A DNA stretch of 64,000 bases from NCBI GenBank assembly GCA_951406725.2, contig OX597830.1, positions 26,908,001-26,972,000 on the forward strand, written 5' to 3'. Of the stretch, positions 57,471-64,000 are shown one piece after another. A model generated the notes under the pieces. It was not told the DNA's origin and searched no databases. It saw nothing but the letters and a program-made list of their open reading frames with translations. The position numbers and the translations under genes were made by a program. Source of the stretch: Octopus vulgaris. Its lineage: Eukaryota. Within the stretch, counting starts at the first letter, position 1, and each line of letters opens with the position of its first letter.

Positions 57471-57660
57471 TCATCAGATGAGAGATGAATGTATTTGAAA
57501 CTGTTGTCCCGTTTTCCCACATGTAAATAAGACAACACGAACTGATGACAATATTGAAAGCGATATTGTTAATTATAGGTAAGCTTTGAATGAGCCAAGA
57601 TCAAAAACATTCCAGAAATGACCGTTCCGTCTTGTGGCGGGGGATATATATATTGGACTG

Positions 57661-57990
57661 GGATCTTTTCACTTTGACCGGCAGATTTAAAAATCATTTT
57701 TTTGTAACTAAACACTTTTAAACTTCGACAAACGAAATATACACCACCGGAAGTTCTTGTTGACAAACAACAGCAGCAATTGTATTCACCTCAATAGACG
57801 TCATTGATTGGTTGAAATTGCCGAAATACGAGAAATTTAACAACAAATAGCTTACAAACTACAGAATTTTCTCAAGAACGCCAAGAGAAAAAGATGTTTT
57901 ATGTGACACATTCTACCAGTATACGAAGTTTAAAAGTGTTTAGTTACAAAAAATTATTTTTTGAATCTGCCGGTCAAAGTGAAAAGATCC
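57661..57990. mobile_element. Related MITE (GGATCTTTTCACTTTGACCGGCAGATT TIRs)
   Basis: About 65-bp TIRs; interior shared with 54050-54190; no TSD visible. Confidence 0.78.
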
Positions 57991-58441
57991 ATCATTTCAA
58001 ATTGATTCGTCTCAACCAAGAGGTATAGGGGGCTAACGCAGAATCGTACCTCTTTGAAAAACGAATTTTTGTGAAAAATGTTTTTCGGATTCCTAATTTG
58101 AACAGAGATTCCGAATATGCAAAAATATTAAGAGAATCCAATTTCATCTTTATTACATTTCACTTATGATTTTTAGACTTTTTTATGGGAGAGTGAGGAT
58201 GGGAAAGTACTGAGGTTTCGAAGAGAAAGAATAATACAAACAATACACTTATTTCAGGCTCATCTCTACAGAGCCATTTTTTATTCCCTGCTTATTCTAA
58301 GTCATACGGGTGATTGCATATTCAGAATCTCCCATATCTAAATCATAGGAATACGAAAATTTTTTTTACTGAAAAATTGTCGGGGGGGGGGGGGGAAGAA
58401 GAAATTCATTGCATGCCCAACCCGGAAGTCACCGCATGCCA

Positions 58442-58495
<54 letters not shown>

Positions 58496-58496
<1 letters not shown>

Positions 58497-59036
58497 TAGA
58501 CTAGACTACCCGTGACCCGTTGGATTACCGGGGAAGTCTAAACTTCCCACCAACGGAATTTTGTCTCATGTTTATTTTCTTTTCCATGTTATTTCGCATG
58601 CTTTCAACGAATGTGACATCGAAATCACGCGTAAATGGCTCCTTTCCCCAGAAAAGTAAAGATTTGGATGCTATTTCTTGCACACCCTGTTACCACGTAA
58701 CAGGTATTTTGGGTCCTTTACCGTAAATAGCTGATACAGGGCGTGATAGAAACAGTAGACAAATCTTTGGAGGTGAGATACGTTGAACGCACTCGAAAGA
58801 AACCTATGGAAAAACTATTTCACCCCATCATAATGTATCTAATGGGGAGGTTAGAGTTTCTTCCCTTTCAAGATTAAGTTATTTTCGGAATATTTTCCCA
58901 CTATGCACCGTTTTGTGTGTCTATACCCCTAAATCCCCGAATATCTCAATAACCACTGGTCCGATTTATGCGAAACTTGTTTTATTCCGTTCGTATTCAC
59001 ATTTCAGGGGCATTTTACTTTCAAAGTATTTTCCCA
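58496..59036 (-). mobile_element. Probable Helitron 3' portion
   Basis: ACTAG at the (TA)n edge followed by a GC-rich hairpin; 5' extent unclear. Confidence 0.4.
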
Positions 59037-59280
59037 TTATGCGCCAGTTGGGCTGTGTAACATTGCAAGCAAGCAAGCAAGATTGAACTTCACTTTTAAT
59101 GTATTATAGATATTTTTGCCAGCTGACGGAACTAGAGTAACGTGGATTGAAGTGTTTTGCTCAAGAGCACAGCGAATCACCCAGTCCAGGAACAGTGTTG
59201 GAGTCGAAACCAGAATCTTATGATCATGAGTTCGACACTGTAAACATTGAGCCACGTACTTCAACGAACACAAACACACA

Positions 59281-59345
<65 letters not shown>

Positions 59346-59456
59346 CTATATATATATCCGTAATAATGAAGGGTGAAATTAATTAATTTGGAATAATTAT
59401 CAATTACACCAAGTAGTCTTCGGCATGTAAAAGCCTCATTCGAGGAAAATTTAAGT

Positions 59457-59619
59457 AATACTAAGCAATAAAGAGTTCAGCAACGAATTGCCTTACCACA
59501 TACCGAATTTAGAAATAGCAGTCAAAGGGTTATAGCTTAGCTATAACCCTTTGACTGCTATTTCTAAATTCGGTATGTGGTAAGGCAATTCGTTGCTGAA
59601 CCCTTTATTGCTTAGTATT
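59457..59619. repeat. Fold-back palindrome
   Basis: 81-bp arms centred at 59538, one mismatch. Confidence 0.95.
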
Positions 59620-59627
59620 TCTATCTA

Positions 59628-59682
<55 letters not shown>

Positions 59683-61339
59683 TGTGCATGTATACGTATA
59701 AGAGAACCATGTTTGACATTGTCTAAATTTCAGTGGTAAAGTCTTCTTAGGCATGAAACCAACTCTTTCTTCATTGGAAAGAAAATTCGAAAAGAAAGAA
59801 AGAACGAGTGTATATACATGTGTTATGTTAAGTGTATTAGTTGGAAATATATTCACAGGTGCACGGTTAAGGATTTTTAATTTTTAAGTATAAGGATATT
59901 ACCTAGCTAATACTTTATTTTATCGGTCGAGAAAGAAAAAAATCAAAGCCGACCGTTGTTGGATTAGAACTCATTCTGTAAAGAACTAGAAGAAATAAAA
60001 AAGTGAAAGAGAAGGCATCGGAGGGGCGATGCATACCCTGCGTGCAGATAAATTTTTCGTAAACTGTAGTGTAGTTTACAATGCGTTGCTTACCCATGCT
60101 TTGTAATTGAACTGAATTAAGCTTTGTAAGTGTTTGACTAAAAGAAGATTATTGCATAGAATTTGAGAAGTGTTTTCAACGTCTTTTAATGATGGTATAG
60201 CAAGTCATAAAAGGCGGCAATATGATGTAATAGTCGTTTACCCGAACAAGTATAATTGCTGGTAATCCCATTGGTTTAAATTATTGCCCATATTTGAATC
60301 CTAAACATTTGTCAAAGAGAATTCTTTCACGAAATACGGTTCTTAGAATTCAGATATGAGCAGTTATAAAAATCTTGATTTTAGGGAAATTAATCAGTGT
60401 TCGTAGGATGTTACTAAACTTCACGACACTCGCTCATTGAGATATTGGCTATTTTCTATGTCATGTATATGATAAAAATCCAACAAGACTTATTCGAATT
60501 CTTATGAACTCTAGTAGTATGAAGGATTAGCTAGTGTGAATTTTAAGTCGTAATTCTCTACGACAAAATGACTTTACTTTCCAATTGTACAATAAATTCT
60601 AAATGTGCATAAATAAAATAATGTAGTAATTATTTTCTCTTTCTTCACGTTCTTCAACTTGTTAATGAAATTTATTTCTGCAATTATGAAACGGTATTTT
60701 TTTATAGCGGTTAAAAGAACACGAATTTATTTATCTTCAACATACATGAACGCATAAAATGTCCGTTAGCATTTGAAAGTATATAATTCTCGCTATGGCG
60801 TTTATGTAGCTGGAGTCAGGATTTATGTATAATGATAACACTTATAAGTAAGTTATAAGTGACGGGTTTGTCAATATATTTCAAACGTAAAATATATTTA
60901 CTATTTCCAAATAGTGTTACACAAACAGTAATCAAACCGGCTATGAAAATGGCCAGCGAATCAATCGTACTGTAGTTCGTTGTAGGGTATAAATAATATG
61001 ACCACTTGCTCACAGGGAAAATTTGTAAGTTCGACTTACAAATTATTTAAAAATTTTTTTAAAGTATCACCGTTATAGGCATTTATACTCCGGTGAAATT
61101 AAGAAATCAACTCGTAAATAAACGAGACCCTAGAATCCGTCACTACGCGCGCGCACACACACATACACACATACACATAGAGTCGCATATCTATATATTT
61201 ATTTATGTATGCTTGAAGATAATCAAACCAAATTTTCATCGTTCCGATCCATTCGTTCAATGAGTATTTGTGCCAAGTATGGTGAAAATCCGTTCAGCCG
61301 TTTTCCAATAATTGGGCAAATACATAGACAAACAGACAG

Positions 61340-61660
61340 TGGGAGACCCCCTTCGGTCATGAATGGCCATGGGGTTGCACCTAGAAAGTTACCCTCCGAG
61401 GTACAAGTGCGGGGAAGGTTGTTTATGGAAGGCCAGCAGTCGCCCATGCACACCTCCCATTTCCACACCACTGATGTTATCCAAGGGAAAGGCAAAGGCA
61501 CCGGTGATGTCGCAGCTCATTTCTACAGCTGAGTTAACTGGAGCAACCTGAAATAAAGTGTCTTGCTCAAGAACACAACACGCAGCCCGGTCCGGGAATC
61601 GAACTCACAACCTCACGATCGTAAGCTCGACGCTCTAACCACTGAGTCATGCGCCTTCAC
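61340..61660 (-). mobile_element. SINE family C
   Basis: Matches 6355-6690. Confidence 0.85.
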
Positions 61661-61779
61661 AGGCAAACAGACAAAAATGAATGATTATAATACCTTGCTT
61701 TCGGTTAGGCGTACAGGGTAAAACAAAATTCCAGTGCTCGACGTTACTCCAGTCCAGTCGGTTGGCAAAAATGTGTATA

Positions 61780-61944
61780 GGTGCCGGCGTGGCTGTGTGG
61801 TAAGAAGCTTGCTTCCAAACCACATGGTTCCGAGTTTAGATCCCCTGCATGGCACACTTGGGCAAGTACCTTCTGCTATAGCCTCGAGCCGACCAAAACC
61901 ATATGAAAGGATTTGGTAGATGGAAACACTGAAAGTAGTTCGTC

Positions 61945-62019
<75 letters not shown>

Positions 62020-62275
62020 TGTGTGCGCGTGTTCGTGCTTGTCTGTGTGTGTGTGTGTGTGTCTTTGTGTCTGTGTTTGTCTCACCACCACGGCTTGACA
62101 ACCAGTGTTGGTGTGCTTATGTTCCCGTAACTTAGCGGTTCAGTAAGAGAGAACAATAGAATAAGAACTGGGCTTTAAAAAGAAAAGTACTGGGGTCGAT
62201 TCATTCGACTAAAAGCTTTTCAAGACGGTGCCCCAGCATGGCCGCAGTCCAATGACTGACGCAATTAAAAAATAA
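61780..62275 (+). mobile_element. Older SINE family A copy
   Basis: Head, internal microsatellite and tail, diverged. Confidence 0.8.
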
Positions 62276-62471
62276 AAATATTCTGTTCGACACGGGTCCT
62301 CAATGACGCAGTAAATAGACAAGCATTTGGCTTCATTGTGCAGATACACAACACGGTTAAAACCTACACAGCACTTTTTCAGTTTAATGGAGTGAAGTTC
62401 AACTAGATTCATATGTTTTAGACGCACGTTACGAATGTTTGAACGAGAGGGGAAGAGAGAAAAAGGATGAA

Positions 62472-62503
<32 letters not shown>

Positions 62504-62939
62504 GGGAGAAATGAGGGAGAGAGAGATGAAGAAACAGAAATGTATGGTTACGCAAACGTTGAACTTCCTAATACTTTAAGCATAGACCGATACACATGCA
62601 CAATGTCAATATCTGATTGCAATATTCAGAATTGTATGTTGACATGAATTTCGTTATCTGAATATATGTTGACTGAGCAACCACTAGTTGCTAGCAACTT
62701 CAACCATGCCGTTATTAAGGACTTAAAATATTGAAGACGTAGTTTCGTCGTATATTGGCGACTTCATCAGTAGTATGACCTCCTTACACCAGTTCTGCCT
62801 TGCTGTCCTCAAGCTTTTGTTGCTATATTTTAAGTTTGGTGGATATGTGTGTGTGTTGTGTGTGTATGTGAGACTGGGTGTGTATGCATGCATGGTGGTG
62901 AGTTTCTGAGGGACGTACGTGTGATTGGCTTTTTTCTTT

Positions 62940-63095
62940 GTTATATTTCCGTCTACCAAATCCACTCACAAGGCTTTGCTCAGCTCGAGGTTATTGTAGA
63001 AGATATTTGCCCAAGGTGCCACGCAGTGGGACTGAACCCAGAACCATGTAGTTGGGAAGCAATCTTCTTACCATACAGCCACGTCTGCGCCTATT
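62940..63095 (-). mobile_element. SINE family A 5' half
   Basis: TTTCCGTCTACCAAATCCACTCACAAGG..CAGCCAC..GCGCCTA. Confidence 0.8.
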
Positions 63096-63155
63096 ACTTG
63101 TCTTTAATGATTACATTGCAAGTATTGCATCATCATTTGTACTCTTACATGCTGC

Positions 63156-63517
63156 GTGGCACTCCGTCGGTTACGACGATGAGGGTTCCAGATAATCCGA
63201 TCAACGGAACAGCCTGCACGTGAAATTGACGCACAAGTGGCTGAGCACTCCACAGACACGTGTACCCTCAACATAGTTCTCGGGGAGATTCAGCGTGACA
63301 CAGAGTGTGACAAGGCTGGTCCTTTGAAATACAGGTACAACAGAAACAAGAAGAAAAAGTGAAAATTGTGGTGAAAGTGTACAATCCCCTGCCGGATCCT
63401 CGTGAAGCTTTAGGTGTTTTCGCTCAATAAACACTCACAACGTCCGGTTTGGGAATCGAAACCGCGATCCTACGACCGCGAGTCTACTGCTCTAACCACT
63501 GGGCCATTGCGCCTCAC
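63156..63517 (-). mobile_element. Full-length SINE family D with 9-bp TSD
   Basis: ACATGCTGC at 63147-63155 and 63518-63526. Confidence 0.88.
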
Positions 63518-64000
63518 ACATGCTGCATAAATATATTAGGAAGAGATCTACTCTAGCAGATCGTGAAGAAGCTACAGAGAGTATTTTATGCTAAGGTTTT
63601 AGGTTTGAGTTTTATTAATTTCATGTCATGCGCTATTTTACCCAGAGCCTCTTTCATTTGGCCTAGATATTTAAAAAGTTTTGTTGCATTTGTATTCTTT
63701 CTTATGTCTAAGGATGAATATTGATATGTATGAGCCTGTTTGCAAGTGTAATTCTGGAGATTTGAAGAGGCAAATTTACCTTATCTTGGCTTACTCATTT
63801 TGCTCTATCTAAATTTGTGTTTTTATATGCTCAAAGAGAACGAAGATTGTTTTCTGAAATAGTGTTTTGATAGTTATAGTGATTTTAATGTATTGGGTTG
63901 TCTGGAAAGTTCGTGCCAATTTTTAAAGGAAAGAAAAAAGTCAATAAATACTTGCCCTTACATTTTAAATCAACCAAATATGAATCATTTTGTTGCACAA

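Noticed and set aside
59690-61140. Possible host exon or Helitron coding remnant in unique AT-rich sequence
   Set aside because: No recognisable protein motif or supported splice structure by eye; needs a translated search.

Overview
AT-rich, microsatellite-saturated eukaryotic DNA, most likely intergenic or intronic sequence of an octopus/coleoid cephalopod (inferred from the tRNA-derived SINE families and repeat landscape, not proven). I can support no host protein-coding gene; almost all listed ORFs are translations of simple repeats or SINEs. The window is a nest of mobile elements: Penelope-like elements (PLEs, RT plus GIY-YIG), R4/Dong-like LINE fragments in (TAA)n, Tx1/L1, CR1 and probable RTE LINE remnants, four SINE families, a GC-rich Tc1 (DD34E) element, a mariner derivative, hAT and Merlin-like MITEs, non-autonomous Helitrons and two satellites. 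The most notable non-coding signal is a PLE-associated RNA system: canonical and variant type-I hammerhead ribozyme motifs plus at least six fold-back palindromes, mostly in (TA)n tracts, several of which turn around just upstream of a hammerhead GAAAC motif. All calls are by eye and boundaries are approximate.
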